Assembly: GCA_009691915.1 (NCBI GenBank)
Contig: SIAD01000002.1
Location: forward strand, 118,562 to 182,561
Length of the DNA stretch: 64,000 nucleotides
Source of the DNA: Phycisphaerales bacterium
GTDB lineage: Bacteria > Planctomycetota > Phycisphaerae > Phycisphaerales > SM1A02
Direction: 5' to 3'
In this document: one piece after another, positions 37,764-48,011 of the stretch
Layout of the letters: each line of letters starts with the position of its first letter
How positions within the stretch are numbered: position 1 is the first letter of the stretch
Translations under genes and position numbers: made by a program
The notes under the pieces: model-generated
Told to the model about the DNA's origin: nothing
What the model saw: only the letters and a program-made list of their open reading frames with translations
Database searches by the model: none

Positions 37764-39869
37764 TCAGGCAGAGTCGCCGGTCCGGAACGCGGCGACGCTG
37801 TGGCGCAGAGACGCGATCGACTCCTGAAGCATCGCCGCGGCCCGGCAGGTTTCCTGCGCGGCCGTGACCGACTCGTGCGCCCCTGAAGTCAACTGTCCCA
37901 TCGCATCGGATATCTGCTTTGCCCCCTCAGTCTGCGCCTTCATGCCCTCGGTGACTCGATTGAAGTCGGCGCTGCCGGCCTCGACTTGGTGGATGATGTC
38001 TCCGAGTTGCCCGCCGATACGCGCGGTCTCCCCGACTCCGCGTCGGACATGGTCGCTGAAACGATCCATCTCCATGACGCCAGCGCTGACCGCCCCCTGC
38101 ATCTGGCGCACCGTCTGCTCGATGTCAAGTGTGGCCGCCGCAGTCTGGTCGGCAAGCCGTCGGATCTCGCGCGCCACCACGAGGAACCCAACGCCCTGTT
38201 CGCCCGCCTTTTCAGCTTCAATGGCAGCGTTCACCGACAGCAGATTGGTCTGATCTGCGACCTTCGTGATCGTGGTCACGATCGAGTTGATCGCACTCGC
38301 CTTTTCGCTGATGGTGGAGAGCCTCCCGGCAATCGATTTCGTCCCCTCGTCGAGCGACTGCATGGCGGTCGTCATCTCGCTCAGTGACTGTCGGCCGTCG
38401 CGCGCGAGTTCGGCGGTGGCATTCGCTGCATGATCGACGCGCTGCATTAGCGCCGAGAGCTCCGTCGCGGTCGTCGAGATCTCCTTGATGGCCACAGCAA
38501 TCTGGGTGGTGCTGGCGCCGAGTGCCTGCGCCGAACCATCCTGTTCACGCGCAGTTGCGGCCAGTTGGGTGGCAGTCGAATTGATATCCACCGTCGCCTG
38601 CTTCACGCCGCGCACGATGGACTGCAACGCCGAGGCCATCGCTTGCAGTGATCGAAGGAGTGATTCGGTTTCATCGCCGTCTGGTCGCGAGTTCACGCGG
38701 CCCGTGAGATCACCCGAGGCGATCTGGTCGGCGTGTGCGGCGGCTCGTCGCACACGCCGCGTTATCTGGACAGCCGGAATGGTGAGTACGGTCGCGACGA
38801 CGATAAGTCCCACGCCTGCTGTCAGTGCCTGCTCGCGCATTTGCGCCCATACTGGCGCGAGCATCACGGCTTCCTCTTCGCGCAGAATCAGCGTCCAATT
38901 GCCCACTTCAATACCGACGGTCACATAGACGCAGCGAGTTCCGAGTACCGGATCCTCGGCGTAGGTGATCGGCGTCGCGCTCGGAGAGCACAAATGCGCG
39001 AAGAGTGCCGCGAAGGGAGTCTCGGAGATGGAGCGAGTCCGCAGGATTCCAGTCACATCGGCTTGGTCGGCGCGGACTTCGTCTGTCGTCGCAGCAATGA
39101 ACGCGGGCTTCCTCTCGAAGCCAGCGGTGGTCCGTCCCGAGGAGATGAGGAATCCATTGGCGCCGACTTGTAGACACGCCGTGCGCAGGTGCTCGTCGAT
39201 CCTCTTGAGCGATCGGTCCGCACCGCCGATGCCACGGAATTTCCCATCGATGATGATCGCGGCCGTCTGTTCGATCATCATCTGTCCGTCGTAGACATAG
39301 GGTTCCGTGATCCGCGCGCGGCGCACCCCGGTCACCGCAAACTCCTTCTTGGTTCCTCCGTAGTACAGGCTCGTCTCCTGATCGACGCTCGTCTTGACGA
39401 TGATCTGGTCGCTGTTCTTCCAGTCGCGCCAGACATAGGGTGAGAAACGCCCGGTCGCACTGAAGGAGGCCGGAGGACAGACGGGATCGGCCACCAGGGG
39501 ACTCCCGGGAATTGGCTCATAATCCACATAGGTTGCGATGATGGATGGGGTCTCATCAAGGAGCGAACGGAGAATTGTGAGGGTGTCCTGGTACCTCCCA
39601 AACATCCCGGCCTGTTGGGAGTTGGCGATGAATGAGACGACATTCAGAACTTCGGTGCTTTCGTCGCCAAAATTGATGGCGATCTCGCTGGCTGTCGTTA
39701 GGAGAAGCCGCTCCTGCTCAACCCTATAGGTCTTCAGCCCCTGTCGGACGTCATTGCCGACGAGGAGCAGCAGTACCAGCGATGCTGGAACTACCCCAAA
39801 TAGCACCAGGCGGGCAAGCAGTGAGTTCGAGAAAGAAATATAGGACCCTCGCATGGATAATGTCGCCAT
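37764..39869 (-). CDS. Methyl-accepting chemotaxis protein with a large (~300 aa) periplasmic Cache-like sensor
   Basis: Two TM segments, HAMP, and a signalling hairpin [39 protein letters not shown]. Confidence 0.9.
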   Translation of the reverse strand: MATLSMRGSYISFSNSLLARLVLFGVVPASLVLLLLVGNDVRQGLKTYRVEQERLLLTTASEIAINFGDESTEVLNVVSFIANSQQAGMFGRYQDTLTILRSLLDETPSIIATYVDYEPIPGSPLVADPVCPPASFSATGRFSPYVWRDWKNSDQIIVKTSVDQETSLYYGGTKKEFAVTGVRRARITEPYVYDGQMMIEQTAAIIIDGKFRGIGGADRSLKRIDEHLRTACLQVGANGFLISSGRTTAGFERKPAFIAATTDEVRADQADVTGILRTRSISETPFAALFAHLCSPSATPITYAEDPVLGTRCVYVTVGIEVGNWTLILREEEAVMLAPVWAQMREQALTAGVGLIVVATVLTIPAVQITRRVRRAAAHADQIASGDLTGRVNSRPDGDETESLLRSLQAMASALQSIVRGVKQATVDINSTATQLAATAREQDGSAQALGASTTQIAVAIKEISTTATELSALMQRVDHAANATAELARDGRQSLSEMTTAMQSLDEGTKSIAGRLSTISEKASAINSIVTTITKVADQTNLLSVNAAIEAEKAGEQGVGFLVVAREIRRLADQTAAATLDIEQTVRQMQGAVSAGVMEMDRFSDHVRRGVGETARIGGQLGDIIHQVEAGSADFNRVTEGMKAQTEGAKQISDAMGQLTSGAHESVTAAQETCRAAAMLQESIASLRHSVAAFRTGDSA

Positions 39870-39995
39870 TGTATGCTTGTGCGGTATGAGCGCGGACTGT
39901 CCGCTCTCTGTCCCAAGTCCGCGCCTGCGCTACGACGTCCTACGCTTCATTTCGTATCGGAATTCGCTGCTCTTGCGCTTGAAGGAAGGTGTGTC

Positions 39996-40382
39996 ATGAA
40001 GTTGTATGTAGGAAATCTGCCGTTCAAGGCGACGCAAGAGTCGCTGCAGGAGTATTTCACCCAGTATGGACCGGTGAGCGAGGTCTTCATTGCGACCGAT
40101 CGCGAAACCGGCCGTTCGCGTGGATTCGCGTTCGTCACGATGGCTGAAGATGCGCACGCAAAGGCGGCGATCGAACAGTCCAACGGCAAGCCATTCGATG
40201 GTCGCAACCTGACCGTCAATGAGGCTCGTCCGCCCGCGGCGGGTGGTGGCCGTGGCGGATTCGGTGGCGGCAGCGGTGGTGGTGGCGGCAGCCGTGGCGG
40301 TTACGGCGGCGGCGGCGGTGGTGGTGGTGGTGGCGGTGGCGGCCGTGGCGGTTACGGCGGCGGTCGCGGCGACCGTTACTGA
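39996..40382 (+). CDS. RRM-type RNA-binding protein with a glycine-rich tail
   Basis: RNP2 KLYVGNL and RNP1 RGFAFVTM, followed by a (G)n/RGG tail. A GAAGGAAGG Shine-Dalgarno sequence lies upstream of ATG 39996. Confidence 0.9.
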   Translation: MKLYVGNLPFKATQESLQEYFTQYGPVSEVFIATDRETGRSRGFAFVTMAEDAHAKAAIEQSNGKPFDGRNLTVNEARPPAAGGGRGGFGGGSGGGGGSRGGYGGGGGGGGGGGGGRGGYGGGRGDRY

Positions 40383-40421
40383 TCCGTCGGTCGACACTCA
40401 AGTCCAATCCGGATTTCAGAT

Positions 40422-40460
40422 CCGCCGATTCTGCTCACGCAGGATCGGCGGCTTTCTTTG
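40422..40460 (+). terminator. Rho-independent terminator after the RRM gene
   Basis: 12-bp stem ccgccgattctg / caggatcggcgg (one G-U pair), 6-nt loop, then ctttctttg. Confidence 0.7.
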
Positions 40461-40476
40461 TGCTACTTGCTTTGGT

Positions 40477-42372
40477 CTAGTTGCGCTGAATCGTCCGCGT
40501 CCGCCCCGATCCGCGCGTCGATTGGGATCCTGATCCTGTCCCCGATCGATCTCGTCCGCGCTCGAGCATCTCGCGTGTGCGCTCGCTTGGCTGCAGCGTG
40601 CCTGTCATCCATCCGCCTGGGCGCTTCTGTCCTGGGGGAGCGAAGCGGACGCGGTTTGCAAGCGCCGTTTCAGGCGCGACTTTCACAAGTTTGAGCGACA
40701 TGTCCTGCGCCGCCGCGATCTGTTCCCGCGTGAGCTTCGCTCGCATCTGATTGCGCTCATGCGCCGCAGTGCCGTTGCCGGCACCGGCCGAGATATTCAG
40801 CCATGCGTACCCGAGCGTCTCGTCGAACGGAACCCCGAGCCCCTTTCGATAGAGTTGCCCAAGCGCGAAGGCGGGCCAGTCCAATCCCTGCTGGGCGGAC
40901 TCGAGGTAGTACTGAGCCGCCATCGATTCGTTCTGCGGAACCGACTCGCCCCGTTCGAAGAGTATCCCGAGGTGGTACTTCGCATCCGGAATGCCCGCAT
41001 CGGCGGCCAACTGATACCAGCGCGCTGCTTCAAGGTCGCTCTCAGGAATTCCTTGACCGCGGTCATATCTCAAGCCCAGCATGAAGCACGCCTCTGGATA
41101 TCCCTGATTCGCCGCGAGTGTGTAGAGGCGGATCGCCTCGGCCTGATCCGAAGGGATCCCGGCACCAAAGTCGTAGAGCCGAGCCAGTTCGTACTGAGCG
41201 GCTGGAAGGTCTTGGGCGGCCGCCCTGTCGAACCAAGCCGCGGCTTCGCGCGGATTCTGTGGGACTCCACCCTCGCCGTAGAGGAGGAGCCGCCCGAGCA
41301 TCAACTGCGCCTCAGAGTCGCCTTTCTCCGCAGCGTTGAGAAAGCACTGGGCCGCGACCTGTCCATCCTTGCTGACGCCATCCCCGCTCCAATGCAGCAT
41401 TCCCAGCGAAATGTTGGCGACGATCGAGCCTTGATCGGCCGCGAACTTGTACCAACGGGCAGCCTCAGCAGGATTCCGATCGACTCCATCACCTCGGTCG
41501 AAGAGCTGTGCCAGTTCGAGCTGCGCGTCGACAGAGCCCGAACCAGCGGCCACACGAAACCACTGCGCAGCCTCGGGTGCATCGGCGTCCACGCCATCGC
41601 CATCGCGCAGGACGCGCGCGAGAGCGATCTGGGCATCAACGAGCTGCTGCTCGGATGCAAGGCGTAGCCAGTCGAGCGCGCCGCGGGGGTCAGCGGCGAT
41701 CCCGACTCCTCGCAGGAGCCTCACTCCGTAGTGAAACTGCGAGACCGAATCCCCGCGTTCGGCCGCACGATGAAACCACTGTGTGGCGGTCGTCTGGTCG
41801 GGTGTGACTCCCTGGTCGAGCGAGAAGATCAGCCCCAGCGTCCGACCCGCAAGCGGATAGTTCGTCGCAGTCGCCTTCTCCAGCCACGGCACGGCTCCGG
41901 CCTGATCGCGCGGAACCCCGATGCCGTCTGCCAGCCGGATGCCGATCTCGAGGCATGACTCCTGATGACCGCCCTGAGCGGCTGCGAGGAACCACTTCGA
42001 GGCTTGAGTCTGATCCTGAGTCGCGCCATCTCCTGCGGCGCAGAGCACTCCCGCGCGGAAGGCACACTCGACATCACCGGCCGCCGCCGCCGCTCCGATC
42101 CACTTCGCTAGCGCCGCAGGATTGCTGGACACGCTGCGGGCTTCGTCGTAGAGACGGACGAGTTCGAGGGCCGCGTCCATGTTTCCGACTTTCGCCGAGA
42201 TCTCGAAGTGGCGCATCGCCTCCGTCACATCGATCGGCACGCCGTCGCCCTTCAGAAACCTACGGCCTTCGGCAAGCGATGCCTGCGAATCGACCGTGGG
42301 GTGGTCGGTACACCCGACGACTCCGCCTGAGAGCAGGATGGTGAGGAGGATGATTCGTTGAGCTCTGGGCAT
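40477..42372 (-). CDS. Sel1-repeat (TPR-like) lipoprotein
   Basis: Lipobox LLSGGVVGC followed by about 14 tandem Sel1-type repeats (A..W....A..G...A...LG..Y..G.GV..D). Confidence 0.85.
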   Translation of the reverse strand: MPRAQRIILLTILLSGGVVGCTDHPTVDSQASLAEGRRFLKGDGVPIDVTEAMRHFEISAKVGNMDAALELVRLYDEARSVSSNPAALAKWIGAAAAAGDVECAFRAGVLCAAGDGATQDQTQASKWFLAAAQGGHQESCLEIGIRLADGIGVPRDQAGAVPWLEKATATNYPLAGRTLGLIFSLDQGVTPDQTTATQWFHRAAERGDSVSQFHYGVRLLRGVGIAADPRGALDWLRLASEQQLVDAQIALARVLRDGDGVDADAPEAAQWFRVAAGSGSVDAQLELAQLFDRGDGVDRNPAEAARWYKFAADQGSIVANISLGMLHWSGDGVSKDGQVAAQCFLNAAEKGDSEAQLMLGRLLLYGEGGVPQNPREAAAWFDRAAAQDLPAAQYELARLYDFGAGIPSDQAEAIRLYTLAANQGYPEACFMLGLRYDRGQGIPESDLEAARWYQLAADAGIPDAKYHLGILFERGESVPQNESMAAQYYLESAQQGLDWPAFALGQLYRKGLGVPFDETLGYAWLNISAGAGNGTAAHERNQMRAKLTREQIAAAQDMSLKLVKVAPETALANRVRFAPPGQKRPGGWMTGTLQPSERTREMLERGRDRSGTGSGSQSTRGSGRTRTIQRN

Positions 42373-42416
42373 GGATCTATAGGCGGGGCGATCTTAGCCC
42401 CGATGTCGGACGCGAA

Positions 42417-43364
42417 TCAACCGCCGGCCCTGCATGCCGGGCGAAGCACTCCTAGACCAATCGTTGTGCCCAGCGTTGCTGCAATGAATACGAGGGTCCA
42501 CACTGGCGCGATCGCGAAACCTGCGGCACCCAGAATCATCTTCACTCCGATCCCCGCGATTAGGACACTCAGTCCGATATGGAGCGCGGGGATCTTCCTG
42601 AGGATTCCTGCCAGCGCGAAATACAAGGCGCGCAGCCCAAGAATCGCCAGGAGGTTCGAGGAGAAGGCAATGAAGGGGACCTGAGTAATCGCCAGCGCAG
42701 CGGGGATCGAGTCGACTGCGAACAGAAGGTCCGTTCCCTCGATGGTGACGAGTACGAGGAGCAGGGGGGTTGCCCTTAGGCGGCCGTCGCTACGCACAAG
42801 GAATTTCCCGGAGTCGTAGGAACTCACCATTGGGATGCACTTCAGGAGCAGTCGCGTCCAGCACGCGCGGTTGGGATCGAAACCCCCGATTTCTCCGTGC
42901 GAGCGGAGCATCCGCCATGCCGTCCACAGAAGGACAGCCCCGAAGATGTACAGCATTGAGTGGAAGGCTGCCATCAGCGCGATGCCGCCGCCGATGAACG
43001 CGCCCCGCAGGACGATGGCGCCAAGGATTCCCCAGAAGAGAACGCGGGGCTGAAGCGGGGCGGGGACCGCGAACCGTTGAAAGATCACGGCGAAGACGAA
43101 GACATTATCAACAGACAGCGACAGCTCGACGATGTAGGCCGAGGCAAACTCCAGCGCGAGGGCCGGGGATAGTCCAACACCGATGGTGAACCCAGTCACC
43201 ACCGCCCACGCCACCCACCAGACGATCATGAGGAGCGCGGCGCGGAACCCGACTACCTGCGGGTGCCTATGCATCGCCAGCAAATCGACCATCAAGAACA
43301 GCGCGACACCGCCGATTAGCGCGACCCAGGCCCACAATGGCGCGCCCCCCGTCATCTCAGACAT
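42417..43364 (-). CDS. TerC family integral membrane protein
   Basis: Polytopic protein with ELSLSVDNVFVF and LLFAVDSIPA motifs. It overlaps the kup stop by 8 nt. Confidence 0.85.
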   Translation of the reverse strand: MSEMTGGAPLWAWVALIGGVALFLMVDLLAMHRHPQVVGFRAALLMIVWWVAWAVVTGFTIGVGLSPALALEFASAYIVELSLSVDNVFVFAVIFQRFAVPAPLQPRVLFWGILGAIVLRGAFIGGGIALMAAFHSMLYIFGAVLLWTAWRMLRSHGEIGGFDPNRACWTRLLLKCIPMVSSYDSGKFLVRSDGRLRATPLLLVLVTIEGTDLLFAVDSIPAALAITQVPFIAFSSNLLAILGLRALYFALAGILRKIPALHIGLSVLIAGIGVKMILGAAGFAIAPVWTLVFIAATLGTTIGLGVLRPACRAGG

Positions 43365-45309
43365 CGATCTGGACCCCGAGTTCGATCATGCGGCCGGGAG
43401 GAATCGAGAAGTAGAGCGGATTGTTGGAGCTGATCTGCGCGAGCCAGCAGAAGGTCCGCTTCTGGAAGGCCGGCATCCTCGAGCGCCCGCGCGGTGTGAC
43501 GATCGTGCGGCCCAGGAAGTAGGTGGTCGTGCCTTCGCTCGCCTCCAGCCCTTGTTCGGCCGCCATGCGCACCATGCGTGGAACATCCGCCGCTTGCAGG
43601 AACCCGTGCCGCGCCGTCAGCGTCCAGAATCCGTCGCGCAGCTCCGTCGCGATGACCTGCTCCTCGGCGGGAACAAAGGGGACAGAGGTCGACTGCACCG
43701 ACATGATCACGACTTGCTCGTGCAGAACCTTGTTGTGCTTGAGATGGTGGAGGAGCGTCGGTGGCAGTCCTTCGGCCTGAGGCGTGATGAACACGGCCGT
43801 TCCGGTGACGCGCGGAACCGGATGAGTCTGCAGACTGTTGAGCAGATGGTCGTAGCCGAGCATCTGTCTCGAGAACCGCTCGGTCATGACTTGCCTGCCG
43901 CGAAGCCAGGTGAGCATCACATAGAGAAGGGCGGCCGCCACTACGAGCGTGAGCCATCCACCACTGGGGATCTTGAAGGCATTGGTGGCAAAGAACAGCA
44001 GGTCGATAGTCAGGAAGATCCCGATGAACATCCAGAAGCGCACGACGCCCCAGCCTCGGTGGCCGCGCATGAGGAGCGCGTACAGAAGCGTCACGATCAC
44101 CATGCCTCCGGCGACCGAGAGGCCGTATGCGTGCGCCAGGCTGTCGGAGGTCTCGAAGGTGAGCACGACGAGGCACACCAGAACCACCGCAATCGAATTG
44201 ATCGCCGGCACATAGATCTGGGAACTGTTATCCGAAGTGTGGACCACTCTGAGTCGAGGCAGGAATCCCATGAGGATCGCCGCGTGGGTCAGCGAGAACA
44301 TTCCCGTGATGATCGCCTGACTGGCGATGATCGCTGCGGCGGTCGCGAGCGCGACCAGCGGAACAACGGCCCACTCCGGAGCGAGTGCGTAGAACGGGTT
44401 GGTGATCGCGTGGTGGTCACGCATGAGCAGCGCGCCCTGCCCGAGATAGTTGAGCAGGAGACCAGGCATTGCTACTCCGTACCACGCCAGGACGATTGGC
44501 TTGCGCCCGAAGTGACCGAGGTCGGCGTACAGGGCCTCGCCCCCCGAGATGCAGAGCATGGCCGCGCCCAGCACCGTGATCGTTGCTGAGAACGACGCGG
44601 TCACGGCATCGGCGATGTAGACAGGATTGAGCGCGTAGAGCACCTCAGGAGTGCGTGCAACGCTGACTCCACCGAGCACGCCGATCACAACGAACCAGCC
44701 CAGCATGACTGGTCCGAAGAGCCGTCCGATGAAGTGAGTACCCATCCGCTGGATTGCGAACAAGCCCATCAGCACCAGCAGCGCGCCACCCATGATCATC
44801 CCCTCGGTGAACACCCATCGCTCGGCACCGCCCACCGGCGACACTCGACCCTTCAACCCCTCGAGGGCCGAGAGGGTAGAGATCGCGGGGGTGATCAGCC
44901 CGTCGGCATAGAGCAGCGCTGCGCCGGTCAACGCGACCACGATGTAGGTCATCGGGAGTTTGGAGACCCGGGGATCGTCTGGGTTGGGAAGCAGCGCGAG
45001 CAGGGCAAAGATTCCGCCCTCGCCACGATTGTCAGCCCGCAGGATAAAGAAGCAGTACTTGATTCCGATGACCGTCACGAGCGTCCAGAAGAAGAGGCTG
45101 ATGAGCCCGAAGATCGCCGGTGAGGTGACGGAGTCCGCGCCGGGGACGACAAAGCCCTGGCGGAATGCGTAGAGGGGGCTCGTTCCGATGTCGCCAAAGA
45201 CCACTCCAAGCGCCCCCATTGTGAGTCCGGCCAGCGCAGTTCGCCCTGGGGTGATTACGGCACTCGTGCCGGGCTGCTTGGTCTCGGGGGGGGTCGGGGA
45301 GTTGGACAT
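43357..45309 (-). CDS. kup: KUP/HAK/KT potassium transporter
   Basis: Motif GALGVVFGDIGTSPLYA. Start re-set to ATG 45309 (MSNSPTPP). Confidence 0.9.
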   Translation of the reverse strand: MSNSPTPPETKQPGTSAVITPGRTALAGLTMGALGVVFGDIGTSPLYAFRQGFVVPGADSVTSPAIFGLISLFFWTLVTVIGIKYCFFILRADNRGEGGIFALLALLPNPDDPRVSKLPMTYIVVALTGAALLYADGLITPAISTLSALEGLKGRVSPVGGAERWVFTEGMIMGGALLVLMGLFAIQRMGTHFIGRLFGPVMLGWFVVIGVLGGVSVARTPEVLYALNPVYIADAVTASFSATITVLGAAMLCISGGEALYADLGHFGRKPIVLAWYGVAMPGLLLNYLGQGALLMRDHHAITNPFYALAPEWAVVPLVALATAAAIIASQAIITGMFSLTHAAILMGFLPRLRVVHTSDNSSQIYVPAINSIAVVLVCLVVLTFETSDSLAHAYGLSVAGGMVIVTLLYALLMRGHRGWGVVRFWMFIGIFLTIDLLFFATNAFKIPSGGWLTLVVAAALLYVMLTWLRGRQVMTERFSRQMLGYDHLLNSLQTHPVPRVTGTAVFITPQAEGLPPTLLHHLKHNKVLHEQVVIMSVQSTSVPFVPAEEQVIATELRDGFWTLTARHGFLQAADVPRMVRMAAEQGLEASEGTTTYFLGRTIVTPRGRSRMPAFQKRTFCWLAQISSNNPLYFSIPPGRMIELGVQIDV

Positions 45310-45439
45310 GGCTGAGCGGATTGAGGGGGGGAGAGCCCTCAGAACCGACGAATCGATCATTGTAGGGTGGATTCTGAAGGCGCCACGACATTGGGACCGC
45401 ATCTCCATACGAGGCCGAGATGAGACGATAATCAAGGGA

Positions 45440-46591
45440 ATGAAACCCCCGTGGGACGCGATCGTGGTCGGAGTCGGGGCGATGGGCGCCGCGGCGCTCT
45501 GGTGCCTGGCCTCGCGCGGCGCGCGCGTCCTTGGGATCGAACGGCACTGGATCGGCCACGATCTCGGGAGTTCTCACGGCGGTTCGAGGATCGTCCGCTA
45601 CGCCTACTTTGAGCATCCTGCCTATGTGCCGCTTCTCGTGCGCTCGCGGGACCTGTGGCGTGAGATCGAGCTTGCATCGCGGACGCGGATCGTCCATCCG
45701 TGCGGCGTCGTTTATGGCGGCCGAGCGTCGAGCGAGGTTCTCGCCGGGGTGAAGGCGTCGGCACGGATCCACGGCATCGCAATCGAGTCGATCGCGCCCG
45801 CGACGATCGGCGAGCGGTTCGGTGCGCTTGCGGGATGCCGCGAGGAAGTCGATGAGTATCTCTTCGAGCCCGGCGCAGGATTCCTCCGTGCCGAGCGGGC
45901 CATCGTGGCGATGACTCAGAGCGCGCAGAGGCGCGGCGCGTGCCTGAGAGTCGGGGTGCGCTGTGAAAGTTGGCGCGAATGCGAGGGGTTGGTCGAAGTG
46001 GCCATCGAGGGACGCATCGAGAAAACGAAGGCCCTGATTCTGTGCCCGGGAGCGTGGGCCGCCTCGATGAGCGGCCTGCCATCCATTCGCCTTCACAACA
46101 CCAGGCAGGTGATCGCGTGGATCACGCCGACGAATCCGCAGCAGTGCAGCGAGTACAAGCTTCCGGCATTCTTCGTAGAGCGTGAAGCGGGCCGACCGAT
46201 CTACGGAGTGCCGATGGCCTCCGATCAGGCCACGCCTTTGGGTGTCAAAGTCGGGCTGCACGGAGGGGGGAGCGCCTGCGATCCCGACACGCTCGATCGC
46301 AGCGTCACCGCCGCAGAAAGCGAAGAACTCTCACAGGCCCTTGCACGCGCGGTGCCCGGCGCCGGAGGGACTGTCACGGCGACATCGGTGTGCATGTACA
46401 CGAACACTCCCGACGATCACTTCATCATCGACCGTATCGGGGCAGGACCGGTCTACACCGCAATCGGCCTGTGCGGGCACGGATTCAAGTTCGCCCCAGT
46501 CATCGGTGAGGCGCTGGCGGAACTCGCGCTCGAGGGTTCGACGAGGCACGCCATCGACTTCCTCCGCGAAAACCGTTTCTCGCGGGGTTGA
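45440..46591 (+). CDS. solA: FAD-dependent N-methyl-L-tryptophan / monomeric sarcosine oxidase family protein
   Basis: Start re-set to MKPPWDAIVVGVGAMGAAAL (GxGxxG). Covalent-FAD region CMYTNTPDDHFIID and HGFKFAPVIGE. Confidence 0.75.
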   Translation: MKPPWDAIVVGVGAMGAAALWCLASRGARVLGIERHWIGHDLGSSHGGSRIVRYAYFEHPAYVPLLVRSRDLWREIELASRTRIVHPCGVVYGGRASSEVLAGVKASARIHGIAIESIAPATIGERFGALAGCREEVDEYLFEPGAGFLRAERAIVAMTQSAQRRGACLRVGVRCESWRECEGLVEVAIEGRIEKTKALILCPGAWAASMSGLPSIRLHNTRQVIAWITPTNPQQCSEYKLPAFFVEREAGRPIYGVPMASDQATPLGVKVGLHGGGSACDPDTLDRSVTAAESEELSQALARAVPGAGGTVTATSVCMYTNTPDDHFIIDRIGAGPVYTAIGLCGHGFKFAPVIGEALAELALEGSTRHAIDFLRENRFSRG

Positions 46592-46604
46592 CCGAGGGCG
46601 AGCG

Positions 46605-48011
46605 ATGGGGGACAGTGCACGCATGAGCACACTCCCTCCCATCGACCGACGCAGCTTCCTCGCTGGCACACTTGCCTCGGCCGCCGCGCTTGCCGCGGGC
46701 GGATCGGCACTCGGAGCCCCCAAGCCGCGCTCCGCCGCGCGCCGAAGCCAGAGCCCCAATGGCAAGGTGCGCGTGATGAGCTTCGGAGTGGGTGGGATGG
46801 GAGGAAGCGACATCCCACAGGTCGCCTCACACCCAATGGTAGAGATCGCCGGTCTTTGCGATGTCAATGCACAGAGCCTCGGGGCAGCGCACGAGAAATT
46901 CCCGGGCGCGAAGATCTACAGCGATTACCGGGAGGCGATCGCGTCGATGGGGAACTCGATCGACGCGGTGACGATCTCGACGCCAGACCATCATCATGGG
47001 CCCATCGCGTTGCTCTCGATGAATCTTGGCAAGGCGTGCTACTGCCAGAAGCCACTGACGCGCACCATCGCCGAGACTCGGGCGATGCGGAAGATGGCGC
47101 GGGACAAGAAGGTGGTCACCCAGATGGGGATTCAGAGGCAGGCATCAGCGGGACGACAGCAGGGGATCGCGCTGCTCAAGTCGGGGCTGCTCGGCAAGGT
47201 CGTCGAAATCCACATCTGGACCGATCGACCCGCAGGATGGTGGGAGCAGGGGCACCCGCGCCCAACGGGGAGCGATCCTGTGCCGGACTGGCTCAACTGG
47301 GAGTGTTGGCTCGGCTGCGCCCCGCTGAGGCCGTACAAGACCGATGTTTACGCTCCCTTCCGATGGCGCGGATTCTTCGACTTCGGGACGGGCGCGCTCG
47401 GCGACATGGCCTGCCACTTCATGGACGCGCCCTTCCTCGGCCTCACGATGGGCACTCCGATCGGCGTTCGCGGCAATTCCGAAGGGCTCACGGATGACGA
47501 GTTCCCCAACAGCGAGACCGTGACAATCACCTTCGCGGGCGGGGAGTACGCCAACAGGACCCTTCCGCTCACTTGGTACGACGGCGGTCGGCTCCCCAAC
47601 CCTTCCGTATCGCCACACCTTCCTGCGGGCATCGACCTCGGGAAGATCAGTCCGGACGGATGCATCCTCGCCGTCGGCACCGAGGGAACGATCATCATTC
47701 CGTGCTCGGGCACTCCGCAGGCGTATCCAACCGCGCGAGCGGCCGAGTTCATCGCTCCTGCAATGACGGACTACAACCACTGGCATGCGTGGGTCGATGC
47801 GATTCTCGGCAAGGGGAAGACCATTGCCAACTTCGACTTGGCGTCGGAAGTAAACGAGGCTGTGCTGCTGGGAGTGATCGGCGGTCGAGTCACAGGGGTC
47901 GATCTTGAGTACGACCATGCGGCAATGCGCTTCAAGAATTCGGACGCGGCGAACGCACTGGTGCGCCCAACCTATCGGGCGGGCTTCGACTTCGTCCCGA
48001 TGATGGGCTAG
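46605..48011 (+). CDS. TAT-signal Gfo/Idh/MocA family oxidoreductase
   Basis: Start re-set to MGDSARMSTLPPIDRRSFLAGTLASAAALAA. Rossmann region VRVMSFGVGGMGGSD. Confidence 0.85.
   Translation: MGDSARMSTLPPIDRRSFLAGTLASAAALAAGGSALGAPKPRSAARRSQSPNGKVRVMSFGVGGMGGSDIPQVASHPMVEIAGLCDVNAQSLGAAHEKFPGAKIYSDYREAIASMGNSIDAVTISTPDHHHGPIALLSMNLGKACYCQKPLTRTIAETRAMRKMARDKKVVTQMGIQRQASAGRQQGIALLKSGLLGKVVEIHIWTDRPAGWWEQGHPRPTGSDPVPDWLNWECWLGCAPLRPYKTDVYAPFRWRGFFDFGTGALGDMACHFMDAPFLGLTMGTPIGVRGNSEGLTDDEFPNSETVTITFAGGEYANRTLPLTWYDGGRLPNPSVSPHLPAGIDLGKISPDGCILAVGTEGTIIIPCSGTPQAYPTARAAEFIAPAMTDYNHWHAWVDAILGKGKTIANFDLASEVNEAVLLGVIGGRVTGVDLEYDHAAMRFKNSDAANALVRPTYRAGFDFVPMMG

Noticed and set aside
40240-40375. A GC-rich ggtggc/ggcggc low-complexity tract, considered as a possible repeat element.
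   Set aside because: It is the glycine/arginine-rich tail of the RRM RNA-binding protein, in frame and typical of this family.
46182-46604. An upstream extension of the Gfo/Idh/MocA ORF. Similar extensions occur for menD (21711-21857), cheA (35453-35875), kup (45310-45435) and solA (45188-45439).
   Set aside because: These extensions overlap neighbouring genes and are low-complexity. The functional N-termini (TAT signal, Hpt domain, GxGxxG and so on) start at the internal start codons used here.
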